In this document: positions 27,733 to 42,331 of the stretch, piece after piece
Layout: each line of letters begins with the position of its first letter
Numbering within the stretch: position 1 is the first letter of the stretch
Origin: Eledone cirrhosa
Lineage: Eukaryota
Assembly: GCA_964016885.1 (NCBI GenBank)
Contig: OZ024749.1
Location: forward strand, 4,402,001 to 4,466,000
DNA length: 64,000 bases
Direction: 5' to 3'
Program-made: the position numbers and the translations under genes
The notes under the pieces: generated by a model
Databases searched by the model: none
Told to the model about the DNA's origin: nothing
Seen by the model: the letters and a program-made list of their open reading frames with translations, nothing else

Positions 27733-28252
27733 TCTATCTCGCTCTCTCCCTTCTCGTATATTTATTAATATATGAGGTCTTCTGGAAATGTCAACTACGA
27801 TAAACTTGCGTATTAACACTTTCGTTTCACATCAGCCCGGCCCTTTACAGTATTTCTTTTAATTGCTTTCTTGGTTTTTATTCTCTCTTTCACTTTGCTT
27901 TCCTTATCATCCCCAAAGATGTATTTGGTAATGTCTCATTATGAAAATTACCCATCCATGAAAATATTTCCACAAATGAGTTAAGATACGAACAAACAGT
28001 ATATTTTTTATATATATCGAAGCCCAATAATTGTGTGATAAATGATAAACATTTGAACTTCGTGATCTCATTATCATATCACTTAATGTTTGGTCCTATC
28101 GAACTTTGACGCAAAAATTGTGGTCCCTTTTGCCAACTAGATAATCAGAAGTATGAAATATTATATGCATGAGAATCAGTGTCTGAGCGTATGTAACTAT
28201 GCCCCCCATGCTCACACTGTCTCCAACTCTCTCTATCGATCTGTCTCTCTCT

Positions 28253-28328
<76 letters not shown>

Positions 28329-28637
28329 GTCCCTTTCACACACGTCCCTCTAAATATATTCCTATATATATATATATATCCATAGCTATAAGGGGGCCAT
28401 GTTTGTCAACCTCCCGGTAGTGGGCTCTAAATATTGATCACTGATCTCTTATCTCAATCGGACAAACGTCAAATTTCAAAGACCAACTCATTGGCTGTGT
28501 AGATAAGAATGTTTGCTTTGCAACCACGATGGACTGCGTACGGTCTATGTATGTGTGTGTGTGCCGGTGTAGGATTGTGTGTGCGTGTATGTGTGTCTGT
28601 CTGTATGCATATATATGTATGTATATGTGTATATATG

Positions 28638-28710
<73 letters not shown>

Positions 28711-29079
28711 AGAACCCAAAACGATAAGTTCTTATTTTGAATATGTCACTATCTCTAAAACAACTTTTATATTTTAACTGATGAGTGCGTACCAAAAATG
28801 TTGTTACCCTAGAAATATATATAATAAAATAAATATGGTTTTATAAAGATAATTTCCATTTATAAATATATATATATATTTATATATATATATATACATA
28901 CATACATAAATGAAAATAGAGAAAGTAATCTAAGCAAGAAGCCAACAGTAATTCAGACATATAAGTGACTATTACGTCAAGATGAAAAATATTTACCGTA
29001 AGATATGGGAAAATAATTTAATCCCAATGTATATATATATATACAACAGAAAAATAATCACTTCAGTTGTAGTTCTATA

Positions 29080-29267
29080 CAATTTAAATTAATTTTATAA
29101 TATTATGATTTTACAATTTGGTTTTGTAGATTTTATAAGTTCTTTGTTAACTTCGGTGGGGAGATTAACATGTTTTTTTTAAATATCCCCACCGAACTTA
29201 ACAAAGAATTGACAAGATCTACAAAACCAAATTGTAAAATTATAATATTATAAAATTAAATTAAATT
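29080..29267. repeat. Imperfect palindrome with ~85-bp arms
   Basis: TTTTACAATTTGGTTTTGTAGAT...TTCGGTGGGG versus CCCCACCGAA...ATCTACAAAACCAAATTGTAAAA. Confidence 0.9.
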
Positions 29268-29349
29268 AAAGTGAAGTCATGTTCTTACTTTCTTAAAATA
29301 TACCTAACTGTACCGAGGATTTCACACATTTTACAATATATATATATAT

Positions 29350-31405
29350 ATAGAAGTGGTTACACAACAGTTAGTTCACCATACCGAGAACAATTATTTC
29401 ACCTTAGCGGATCTTCAGCTCGGAATGGGCATGGTTATAGGAACAGGAAGGACAACCGTAAGAACGCGCATGCGCAGAACCCTTATCACTTCACACAGGC
29501 AATATACGACTGTGTGAGAGAGGTATAAGGGAGATAACTGCGAAAGTCCGAAAAGTTTTTAGGTTGAAAATAAATTACAAAGAATCAGTCCGGAGCCTTG
29601 TAATTATGCAATAGGTGCTTGGTGACGTGTGGACAACGTGTGAAAAATGCACTCCTCATGTTTACGCAATCACTATTGCGTAATCTCTTTAGTATATTTC
29701 GTTTCTAAATTTGTCTAGCAAGATTATTTATCTGAAACCGTGTGTTGAAACCCATATTGTTATACTTTGGGAGGGTCATGTTGCCAATAAGAAACACACG
29801 CACCAGTCGCTTCACTTCAATTTATTATAATATATTTGTAAATTTAGGAATTTATAAATTTCCGGTTGGTTGGTTGGTTCCACAACCAGATGGTTGTTTA
29901 TATATTGTCAAAGTTCTTTCGTCACACATTATGTGACCTCTTCAGTGATTGGGGATTCTTTTCTTTGTTCTTGTGACTCTCCATTATTCTGTCCTACGCC
30001 ATCTTGTTTCAAGATGGCGTAGGACAGAAGCAACTGGTGCGTGTGTTTCTTTAGAATAGTTATTCGTTCGTCAATACATAAGCCACACGTCGGATTTCCC
30101 CTTACGTATGGCTTGGACTTAGTGATAGCTTTCCATAGAATGGAGTAGTCTATACTTGAGTCCTTGAGGGACCATACGTGGCTCGCGAGTTTCGTGTATG
30201 AACGTCTGTCCGGGTATCTGAAGATAGACTGGTATTTCAGGAAACGTTCCTTGAATCGGCCCTCCGCCATGCCCACATAGGATTTGACCTCCTGTGGTTC
30301 GTTTGGTCGGTTGGAAGTGACCACAGCTTCATAGATTACAGCTGGTGTGTTGCATTGCTGTTGAAGGGGGCAAGCTTCAGGCTTACGGAAAGAGCACCCT
30401 GGTGGTGTGTTGTTCCTAGGGCTGCTGGTGATGTGGGCCTTCATGTTCTTAGCGCAGGAGTATCCTAGTTTAACTTTGTGACGGTTAAAGATGGAGCGGT
30501 ATTTATGACCTATGTGGAAGTGTCCATCTAAGAGGTCTAGAAATGTTTTTCCTACATTGGTTTTAACGTTGAGTGAGAAGGGAAGAGAGAACCAGATAGT
30601 TTGTCTATTGTTGTGCTTACATTTATTAATAGTGTTGTTGCTAGTGGGAGAGTAAGTGATAGGTTGTGAGAAGCCGCTGTAAGAAAACGCCGTGTTTTAG
30701 TAGGGTGCCGCCCTGTCAAATATAGCCTTATTAGAGGAGAGGTTTGAGATTCTCTACTGATATTCTTAACGAAGTTTCTAAAAACAGTGGGAGGGTGGCA
30801 TGTGTCCTTGCGAATGTAATTAAGTTTCTCGTTTAGCTTATGGAAGGGTATGTGGGTGGGTGTGAGAAGGTATAAATTAATGTGTAAGAAATCTACGCTA
30901 GAGAGGTTGGTGGCTACTGTTATCCTAAGGCCTGACTCATTGAAGGTAGAAGCTAAGTCTTTTTTAAACCGGTCCTGGTCGTGACCATTTTATGGCTCGA
31001 TAAAGTCAGTCCATCGTCACGGTATATTCCCGTGTGGAAGTCCGGGAATCTAACACCCAATATGTCTAAGATAAAAAGGCCAACCAAGTCACATATGTCA
31101 GCACTGTCAAACGATCCCATGGAGACGTCGAACAGGTCTGAAGATGTAGACTTCTTTGCCCAGGCTACTCCGTCGTTGAAGAGGAGGGTTTTCCGGCAGT
31201 GAGCGATGATTTCCCCGTCTAAACCATCGACGGTCGTATAAGTGGTGGCGAAGTCCAATGCTTTGTTTAATAGGGTCTCTGAGATCGACGGGTAAAAATC
31301 GACAGTGTCAAACTGTGTGAGCTTCGCTTTATTTGATTTTAAGGAGTTAAACCACTCAATTACGGAGTCGCTCTTCTCCCACTGGGGCAGGTTGGACTTT
31401 CCACC
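29350..31405 (-). mobile_element. 5'-truncated PLE (RT plus GIY-YIG pseudogene plus pLTR), Nematis-like
   Basis: RT motifs FDTVDFYPSI, FDVSMGSFDSADICDLVG, GIYRDDGL; endonuclease ACPLQQQC...VIYEAVV...YVGMAEGRFKER; HHR at 29384-29423. Confidence 0.9.
29693..30051 (-). mobile_element. Solo pLTR of the Naiad-like PLE with short inverted pieces, nested in the Nematis-like element
   Basis: 29693-30006 matches the reverse complement of 11190-11503; HHR at 29907-29950; plus-strand pieces at 30010-30051. Confidence 0.9.
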
Positions 31406-31419
31406 ACTATATATATATA

Positions 31420-31522
31420 TAGGAACGAGTAGGAACGAGTATTACCCACTCTACTACCCTAAGTATTGAGTACTTTAGTGCGTTATGGTCCACCTGGTTC
31501 CTTACCACATTTCCTTCGTTAT
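31420..31522 (-). repeat. Dispersed repeat between TA tracts (copy at 57598-57680)
   Basis: Reverse complement of AACGAAGGAAATGTGGTAAGGAACCAGGTGGACCATAACGCAC. Confidence 0.85.
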
Positions 31523-32116
31523 ATATATATATGTATATATATGTGTGTGTGTGTGTGTGTGTATATATGTGTGTATATATATACCACATTGTATCTAATA
31601 TTTCATTGTATATTTTCTTATGTTATTATACACTTTTATGTTATACAGTTTTTATTGCATAATGTATTTTCAACTGTTCACTTACAGGTGTGTTTTTATA
31701 TATGTACATGTATATGTGGTGGCACTTCTGTGTGAATAGGCAGATGTGCGTGCGTGCATGAGTATGCATGCGGCAGCATGTATGCGCACGCATGTGTAGA
31801 TGTATGTAGTTCGGCCTATGCGTGGGTATTTCTATGTATTTGGGTTGATATGCGTGAAAAGTTGTCCTTGTTTGCTTTTCTTTTTCTTTTGTGTGTATAT
31901 GTCTATATATATATACTCATATGAAATATATATGTATGTGTATGTAGGTATGTGTGTAGGCAGTGTTTATCTACGTATGTGTTCGTATGTGTGTGTGGAC
32001 ACGTGTGAGTTTGTGTATATATGTGTGTGTATGTATGTATGTATGTATGTATGTGTGTGTATGTATATATATATATACATATAGTTATGTAATGAACAAC
32101 ATAGGATAGTTGTTTA

Positions 32117-32169
32117 ATTTACCAGTGTTTTCTTGAAAGCAAACGATATTTACTTTCATTCATCAGAAT
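32117..32169 (-). ncRNA. Type I hammerhead motif
   Basis: ATT-CTGATGA-A-TGAAAGTA...TGCTTTCA-A-GAAA-ACACTGG-TA-AAT. Confidence 0.6.
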
Positions 32170-33127
32170 GAAAACATCCTAGGTGTGTATGTATATCTGT
32201 GTATGCCCATGTGCGTTTATATGTATGTATGTGAATGTATGTATGTATGTATATATGCGTGTGTATGAGTGTGTATGTGTATATATATATATGGAGATAT
32301 ATATGTATATAATGAAATATCTATGATCGTCGGCAAATCACTGATGAGGGACTTATTTTATTACATGTTATCCATGTGCAACCAGCAGTATTCTTCTCCC
32401 CATTTTTTCACATATATATATATGTATATATGTATGTATATATTTAAATGTATAGAAGTTTGGCCGTATGTGTGCGTGCGCGCGTGGGTATGTATATATG
32501 TGTACGTTTGAATATGACATGCTTACCCAATTGATACAGAACATTCAGAAGGCTCGTGGCGGCATGTATCAACAAGTGTGTGTGACTGGGCCCATGGGAG
32601 AGGGGGAGAGAGGGTGTGTGAGTATATATACTGCGATGTATGTGTGTGGCGGTGTGGGTGTCCGAGCATGTAGGCGTACGGGGTGAATGCATAGATAAGT
32701 GTATGTCTGAGTATACATATATGTTTGTGTTACTATGTGTTTATTCTAGTATGTGTGGATGCTTACTCTGAAGTTTGAGCAGGCGCTTGAGGTTACTGAA
32801 CACTGCATGACTCCATTGAAATATGTCGGACGGATAATAGTTGATGAACTGTGTGGCAGCAGATACTGACCAGAACATGTGATGACGTGATGTAAAAACG
32901 GCCAATGGCATGACAAGAGTGGAAAGAAGGTTTTTTGAGTGGTTGTTTTCATAACAACACCCCAGTGATAAAATTTGCTCCAGACATAACAGACGTTATG
33001 AAAGAACCTGCAGAAGTAGAATCAGCCAGATCCATACAAGGAACATGACTCGAGCTACCTGCCGGCGAAACATTTGAAACACGAAATAAACCAAGTCCAG
33101 ATGCATCACTGATTTTTCGTTTTCTTG

Positions 33128-33164
<37 letters not shown>

Positions 33165-33167
<3 letters not shown>

Positions 33168-33500
33168 TATGTATACGTACATACGTATATGTATACAGAC
33201 GTACAGTAGTATGTATATATATACACACATGCACACATATATATATATATATGTATGTATGGGTTTAACGAACATTTATTATAATGTTCGGTATGTTTGT
33301 AAACAAACAGCCCGAATTTAGCCGTACACTGTTCGGAAACCACCGTTGCCCTTTTGTTCAACACTGCCAAAGAAACGATGAATTATTTTCTAGCTTATAT
33401 ACATACTACTGTACGTCTGTATACATATATGTATGTACGTATACATATTATATTTAAGTATCAGCCGTACTATGTGTGAGTAGTGAAATTTCATTTTTTC

Positions 33501-33505
<5 letters not shown>
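33165..33505. mobile_element. Diverged, truncated and inverted relative of the 466-bp repeat
   Basis: Shares GTATACAGACGTACAGTAG, GTTTGTAAACAAAC, TTTTGTTCAACACTG and AACGATG with the monomer; second arm inverted (33400-33505). Confidence 0.8.
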
Positions 33506-33539
<34 letters not shown>

Positions 33540-34217
33540 TAAACAGCAGTCTGGGTAACATCACACCGTCACGAAATTCTCTTCCTTACTGAAATATGAA
33601 CGTTTACACCTCGGCCAGCTGGCTTCGAATATTTTATAATACCAACTTAGTTGTTTATAAAGTGAGTGAGAGAAGGGGCGAAGCTATGTCTGTTCGACGT
33701 GCTTCTAATTCGGGCGAAGCTATGTCTGTTCGACTTGCTTTTAATTATTTAACTCTACGGCCTTTATATTCTAAGTTGAACTTTCTTTTTATTTTTACCT
33801 AGTTCTATTTATTTTTTTTTACGTTTGCTGCACTGTAGTTGTTTTTGTTTGAAGGCACACTGATAGGTGATTGTGGCAATAATTATAATTTTAAATATGA
33901 CTTATATTGCCAACGTGACCCTCTCTATATTGGACTGGCCTGGCTTACCTCCATTTTGATGTGACGACACGCGTTACGAAATATGTTAGTGTTACCCTAA
34001 CTTACCACTAGCAACTGGGAGTGCAGGTACTACATTGTTTTCTTTTCTATTCGACTGGCCTCGTCTCCTGGTGAACCAAATTTAAACTGTAAGTTGAACT
34101 TTCTCACAATTGTTATGTACTGTTATTTATTTTTCATTCTTGCCTCCGTCTTCTATTCATATATGAAACAGTTCTAGTCCTGTAAAAGACATTTTTATAT
34201 TGAATATTATATATCTA

Positions 34218-34265
<48 letters not shown>

Positions 34266-34624
34266 AATTTTGTTTAAGGTTTCTATATGTGGCTTAATCT
34301 ATGTTAGCAACATAATGCCAACTCTGTCAACTTGTGTATCAATGTGTGTCTTAACGTACATATATACCGTCATGCGAGCTGCTGCATGTATTCACCGACG
34401 AACATCGATATGTAGCTTTTTTTCGTACATCGCACGTATTCCCCACGTAACATTTCGATGTACAGCTCATGAGCATCCTGCATACACATTCCAAATATTT
34501 TTTATACAGGCTATTTTCATATATGTGCGTACGTGTATGTGCGCACGTCTGTATGGGTGAGAGTGCATGAATTCGTGTGTGTGTGTGGGTAAATATGTAT
34601 GTGTATGTATGTGTCTGTGTGTGC

Positions 34625-37570
34625 ATAAACCTAACGAACAACTGATTTACGTAGATACCAAGTCTAACCACCCTAGATCAATATTAAACTCTATCTCTAA
34701 GAGAGTATCCAATAGAATCTCTAATCTATCCTATGACGAAAACATATTTAGAAAAAACTGGCAATATTATAATCAGGCATTAGCTAGATCATGCCACAAT
34801 AAGGAGATCGAGTTCCTACCTACAAATATACATAGCTACATTATTTCGCACAATATGTCCATGAGTAAAAATAGTAATAAGAATAGCAACCACACACACA
34901 CTAATACGAAGGATGCCAACATACGTAACCCACACTACATAAGTCACCATAATACCATAAAAGGAAGCATCTCACCAGACATAAAAAACAAAAATAAAAG
35001 AAGAAATAATACATTTTTCAACCCTCCTTTCAATCTAAACGTCTCTACCAACCTACCTAAGGCTTTCTTCTCACTCCTGGACAAAAACTTCCCATCTGGC
35101 CAGAAGTACCATAGCCTTTTAAACAAAAACACAATTAAAATCTCCTACTTTACCACGCCTAACATAGCATACCACATAGCTAGTAGCAATAAAAGAAAAA
35201 TTAATTTTTACTTCCAAAAAAATAAATCACAACAGGGGTAAACCTTCAAAATAATATATCAACTAACCCTGATAACAGTAGTAATAATAGTAATAGCACT
35301 AATGTAAGCAATAACGCTGAGAGCGACAACCCCTATAACCATAATGCAACAACCATCATCCAGACTTCTACACAACATAATAACCGGCAGTCTAACATCC
35401 AAAATAATTGTAACTGTAGATCTAATAGAAGCGTCCCTTTAGATAAAAAATGCTTAATCAAGGATATCATATACTCATGCAACGTCACAACTACCAACTC
35501 TTCTGAAACCTATATAGGCTCTACTGCAAACTGCTTCAAAACCAGATACAATTCGCACCGCCATTCTTTAAAAAAACAATCTATCCAACTCCACTTCACT
35601 ATATAGCTACATACACTATCTAAAAACTAAAAATAGATTTTATACACTTAAATGGGAAGTGATAGGTAAGGCGACATCGTACAAACCACCTAATACATTT
35701 TGTAACCTCTGTCTACTAGAAACCCATACTATTATCTTCTCAAATCATAACCTCCTTAATAAAAAATCGGAAGTGTTCGCGTCATGCCAGCCCCACTTCC
35801 GAAACACCTTCCAAAACTTTGAACCCAATATATAGCAATGTCAGGCTTGAACTCATCACCACTTCTAGCACTACACCTCAAGGGCACATCTTACACCACA
35901 ACTCCACACTCACTGATCCACCCTATCTTAACACAATTCGTTCCATCTATCTATAACCTCTAACCCTAGAGATATCCCCCATGTACACCTACTTTTAGTA
36001 TAATTACTTTCAATTACTTAGACTGTATTATATCACTATATAATTATATGTAAACTTTAAACACCGAATTCAGCAATGAATTATTTGTGCAAATGTAATT
36101 GTATGTATGGAGTGCCATCATTAGATAAATAGAGGATTAATTTATTAACATAAGAGAGCTGTATAACCTATATGTTGAGTACAGTGAATTATGTACAAGT
36201 TGTATGTGAGTTATATATGCATGTATAACTTGATAGATAGATTTACATTGTAAGTGAGAAATGTTTTTTGTTCTACCTTAGAGATATTTAGCTTTGCCAT
36301 GTAGTCAGCCATACGCTGACCCATATCTTACCAGGGGTTATATAGATGTCGTTCTCATAAGGCCCCTGACAGGTTCTGTGAGTAGACTACATTTACAAAG
36401 AACTTTGATATGAAGATCTGACTCTTCGTATGGAATATTCAGTTGTAGCACTCTATGATAGGGAATAATCATCCCAATATAGATATCTTTAGTACTTCAT
36501 GATAGAGTAGACTGTAATTAAAGATAGGATACTTAAATTTGGAAACTGTATATAACCGTATATATAAGGGACTCAATTGAGACACATTTTAATGGATGTT
36601 GGAATAATAAATTTGGTTATAGAAATCAGCTAGTTACCTCCCCTTAATCACACTCATACTTCCGGATAATAAAACGATGTGAATTCTCGCAACAGAAACA
36701 ACCTGCTCTATAAAATTGGATTAAAGAACACTGAGCCGCAACAAGCTATAATAATTTAACTTAATACATCAAACATCCAATACGGAATCATCGTTAATTA
36801 TGTGAAGGACATATAAACTATATATTACGTTTCCTGAATTGTGAAAATGGTGGTGTATACAAAAACCATAACATTATATTGTTTCTCATTTATACTATTT
36901 TTCTGCACACAAGCTTCTTTATCATATACAAAAAATACCTTACCACTACAACCTCCATAATACTCATGATTGCCCGCTTAAAGTGCTTATATTACATGTA
37001 ATACCCTGCTGCACAATAATCATATATAAATAAGACACACCTGCATACCCCACGTGTAACTAATGCATACAATATCTACTACAACTGACTAACAAACTAT
37101 CCTCTTGCATTATCTACGTTAACTGCCGATTGTATTTTAATTTTGCATTGATGTTGTATTTTAATTTTGCTTTGATTCCGTTGTAATGTGATTTTGTTTT
37201 TGAATTTAAATTGCCATTCAGAAATAATATAATATATGTCACCCCACTGTACATCAATATATACATATGTATCTGTATGTCTCTTGCGTTGGAAAGGAGG
37301 TCATGCATGTGTACAAACATTGAAAATAGCTCCGAAGACACCAAGCCTCGGTTTGGATGAAACAATTGTAAGCGAATAAATGCTTTGAACATAGCTTTGA
37401 TTCCTGTGAATTTCATATAACTGCTCTGTAGAACAACTGATGTTATTACATTGAGCTATTTATCTTACTGGTAATAAGGTAGTAATAAATTACTTTCACT
37501 GTTTAGGGTTTAAAATATATATAACTATAAACAGTTTTAGTATATACATAACCATAAATAGTATCCTTAA
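34625..37570 (+). mobile_element. 5'-truncated PLE (thumb, Asn-rich inserts, GIY-YIG, long 3' region), Nematis-like
   Basis: KPNEQLIYVDTKSNHPRSI, FFNPPFNLNV, CNCR...IIYSCNV...YIGSTANCFKTRYNSH, CNLCLLE; HHR at 37329; 3' boundary uncertain. Confidence 0.8.
37329..37373 (+). ncRNA. Type I hammerhead motif (CCGAAGA core)
   Basis: GCT-CCGAAGA-CA-CCAAGC-CTCG-GTTTGG-AT-GAAA-CAATTG-TA-AGC. Confidence 0.65.
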
Positions 37571-37620
<50 letters not shown>

Positions 37621-40029
37621 ATGTATATATATATATATGGATGTATATGTGAAGGGGTATGCGTCTTTATAGCTACGTTCTGAGTCCATTTCTCTTGGGT
37701 TCACTTGGGGGCTAACAGTCTAGAACGATTTTGATAATGACACGCTACATTCAGGCATGAACTACATATGGCTTCATACGATCTACAAGAGATAACAGAA
37801 ATTTCTCCCTCATCCTACGTTACACCGTCCATATAAGGCAGTGGCTCACTAGACATTGTAGTTATAAATCTCCTTAGAAGAGCTTTCCGTGCCTGAAATT
37901 TGATTGTTGATGTGATAGATATTGTACAGGTTCCACGTTGAACATTTAGCTCTTTGGTCTATAGAACATCTGGCTGTCTAAATCAAAATATAAGTGGCTG
38001 AATATTCCAGAGCTATATGTTTCCTTACATTTAATATAAACTAAATTAGTGTATCACAAATTATGATATGTCTTGACACTTGAAGTCCAAGCAACAGATA
38101 TCCACAGAATGTCCATGCGCACACTGACACAAGTGTCTTCTGTTGTTCATAGCATAGGGTGAAAAGCCGTGGTGGTGATGTGAGGTCATGCAAGGGGATG
38201 AACCCTTTATCTAATCACTGTAGTGAAATAATTTAGTTGATGTTTATTTGGTAAGGTTTGCATCCACATTTAATCAGATGTGTTGTAAGGTTATACTGGT
38301 GGTCATCAAGAGCAACAAGTACAAAAACAAGAACAAAATATATTAAAATTGTTTAATATGAAGGAACGACTTAGAACTTCATGTTAAACCCTGTTAAGAA
38401 AATAACGATATAACATTCCGTTTGTATTTTATTTAAATTGAAGTGACATATTTGTAGAGAATTTGACATGAATTACAATACATTGAATAAGATGAATGGC
38501 TGGGTAAATAAATGAATAACTAAATACATACATAAATAAGTAAATAAATACATAAATAAATAAGTAAAAAACACATAAATAAATAAATAAAGTAAAATGC
38601 AAGACAAATGAAAAAAATAGCAATCATTTAAAGCAATCATTTAAAATAATGTAGGATATAAGTTTGAAAGTCAATGATAAGCGAGTAGTGCATCGATTTA
38701 TTTTCTTTGAATGAATAATTTCCGATTCATTTTTTCCCTCTAAACTAACGGAAAGATGTATATAAGCCCAAGTGATACTTATCCCATAAAAGATGCCATT
38801 GATGATAGGTGAAATAGAAATGAAAAGCAGAAAAATAAACGGAGAAAAAAAGAAATAGGATATAGTATTATGTGTAAATCGTTAAGGAGTCACGGGACTA
38901 TAAAATATAATATGTCCGCACACAGAAAGCGCCATCTACCCATTTATAAGAGAGGTCTAAATATATTTCTCGCCAATATTCCGATATCTCAATGTATGAA
39001 CTGTTTAAAAATCAATGACATTAATGATAGTTATTACAACATAAAGGTTATATCGAAATTCAATAATATCTTTGCGTTTATTAGGAGAAACAAACATTTA
39101 ATTTTTTTATTATTATTATAGATCTGAAGTAGAATATTAGTCGGCTATTCACTCATAAATGTATTATATGCCATGTATATATGTATATATAGGTATATAT
39201 ATATATATATATAAGTATATATATATATGTTTGTATGTATTCATAAGGTCTCTGTAAAACGAAAGAGTTCACATATGCTGAAATATAATTATACGCACGC
39301 ACCTACGCACGCGCGCATACACACACGCATATTTGTGTGCGTGTATATATATGTGTCTATATATCTATATATACAGACATACAGAAACAGAGATAGATAG
39401 ATAAGTATATAGATAAATAAATCAACACATATATATGTGTCTGTCTGTCTGCCTCTGTGATGTACACGAGACACATATGAAACGCAAACTAATCAGAATT
39501 CGTCTACTCGAAATCTTTTCCAAGTCAATTTCCTACAATAAAGTAGAAATTTACTTGGAGTATGACAGAAGCCCATGTTTTATAAGCAATTAAACGAATA
39601 AATATCGAATATCTAAATGCAAAAGCAAACAAATACGAGTATATATAACTACCGTAAACGTCCGTATCATGTAGATGATTGGGGTTTATCGTACCTCTTC
39701 GCTCTGTATATAAAGAAATAGAGATGGAGTCGGAATACGTGACGCAATGTTTAGCCAGAAGGCAGATTAGTTTTTTGGGTTTTTTTTTATAACAAGCCAG
39801 TATAACGGCGTCCCTGAGGGGTTATAGAATTTGATGAGCTATAGTGAAGTTGTGATTTCTATTCCCAGACAGGTGATTCGTTATGTAAATTCATGCTCCT
39901 CTTTCTGTCTGGATTTGTGACTAACAGATAGTATTAGCAATTGGAATGTCCAATGCAAATATTGTTTCCTCGGTCCGATTGGACGAGCCTTACCTAACGC
40001 GTGAAGTGAATGATTTCTGCGACCTTCTC

Positions 40030-40145
40030 CATGTATATATATATTCATACACACGTGTGTATATGTGTATATATGGATATACATGTATATATGTATATAT
40101 GGATATACATGTATATATATATATATGTATACATGTATATATATG

Positions 40146-40177
<32 letters not shown>

Positions 40178-40676
40178 CATGTGTATGTGTATATATATAT
40201 ATATGTACATGCATATAATGTACATGTATATATATGTACATGTATATATATGTACATGTATATATATGTACATGTATATATATGTACATGTATATATATG
40301 TACATGTATATATGTGTATATGTACATATATGTGTATATGTACATATACGTGTATATGTATATATATGTGTATATGTATATATAAGTGTATATGTATATA
40401 TATGTGTATATGTATATATATGTGTGTATATGTGTATATTTGTATATATGTGTATATGTATATATATGTGTATATGTATATATATGTGTATATGTATATA
40501 TATGTGTATATGTATATATATGTGTATATGTATATATATATGTGTATATGTATATATATCTGTATATGTATATATATATATGTGTATATGTATATATATA
40601 TGTGTATGTGTATATATATGTATATGTATATATGTATAAAAATGTACATGTATGTGTGTGTATATATGTGTAGGTG

Positions 40677-40748
<72 letters not shown>

Positions 40749-40794
40749 TATATATATATATATATGTATACATCATATATATATATATATATAT

Positions 40795-40795
<1 letters not shown>
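40030..40795. repeat. Complex (TA/TG) simple-repeat tract
   Basis: Direct reading. Confidence 0.95.
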
Positions 40796-41984
<1,189 letters not shown>

Positions 41985-42286
41985 TAAATTGAAACAAAAT
42001 GAAAACGAAATTTCATTTCTCACTCTTAGTATGGCACTTACTTAAATGTAAGTATGCATGTATACGTACATACATATATGTATACAGACGTACAGTAGCA
42101 TGCACATATATATATACATATACATATATACATACATATGCATACAGGTACACATACATATATGCACGTATCAGTTTAGCGGCGCTAACGTCGCTTTGTT
42201 CGTTTGTAAACAAACTGAACAGCCTGAATTTATGCCATACGGTGTTAAGGCAACCACGTCACCTTTTTGTTCAACACTGACACAGG

Positions 42287-42331
42287 AACGATGTACTAGT
42301 TTCAAGCTTGTTAGCTATCATCAGCACCGTT
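42287..42331 (-). ncRNA. Type I hammerhead (also at 42753, 43219, 43685 and 44151 on the minus strand)
   Basis: AACGGTG-CTGATGA-T-AGCT-AACA-AGCT-T-GAAA-CTAG-TA-CATCGTT. Confidence 0.88.

Noticed and set aside
41990-42012. ACAAAATGAAAAC and AAACGAAAT similarity between the 466-bp monomer end and the Naiad-like 3' region
   Set aside because: Low complexity and in opposite orientation relative to the respective HHRs
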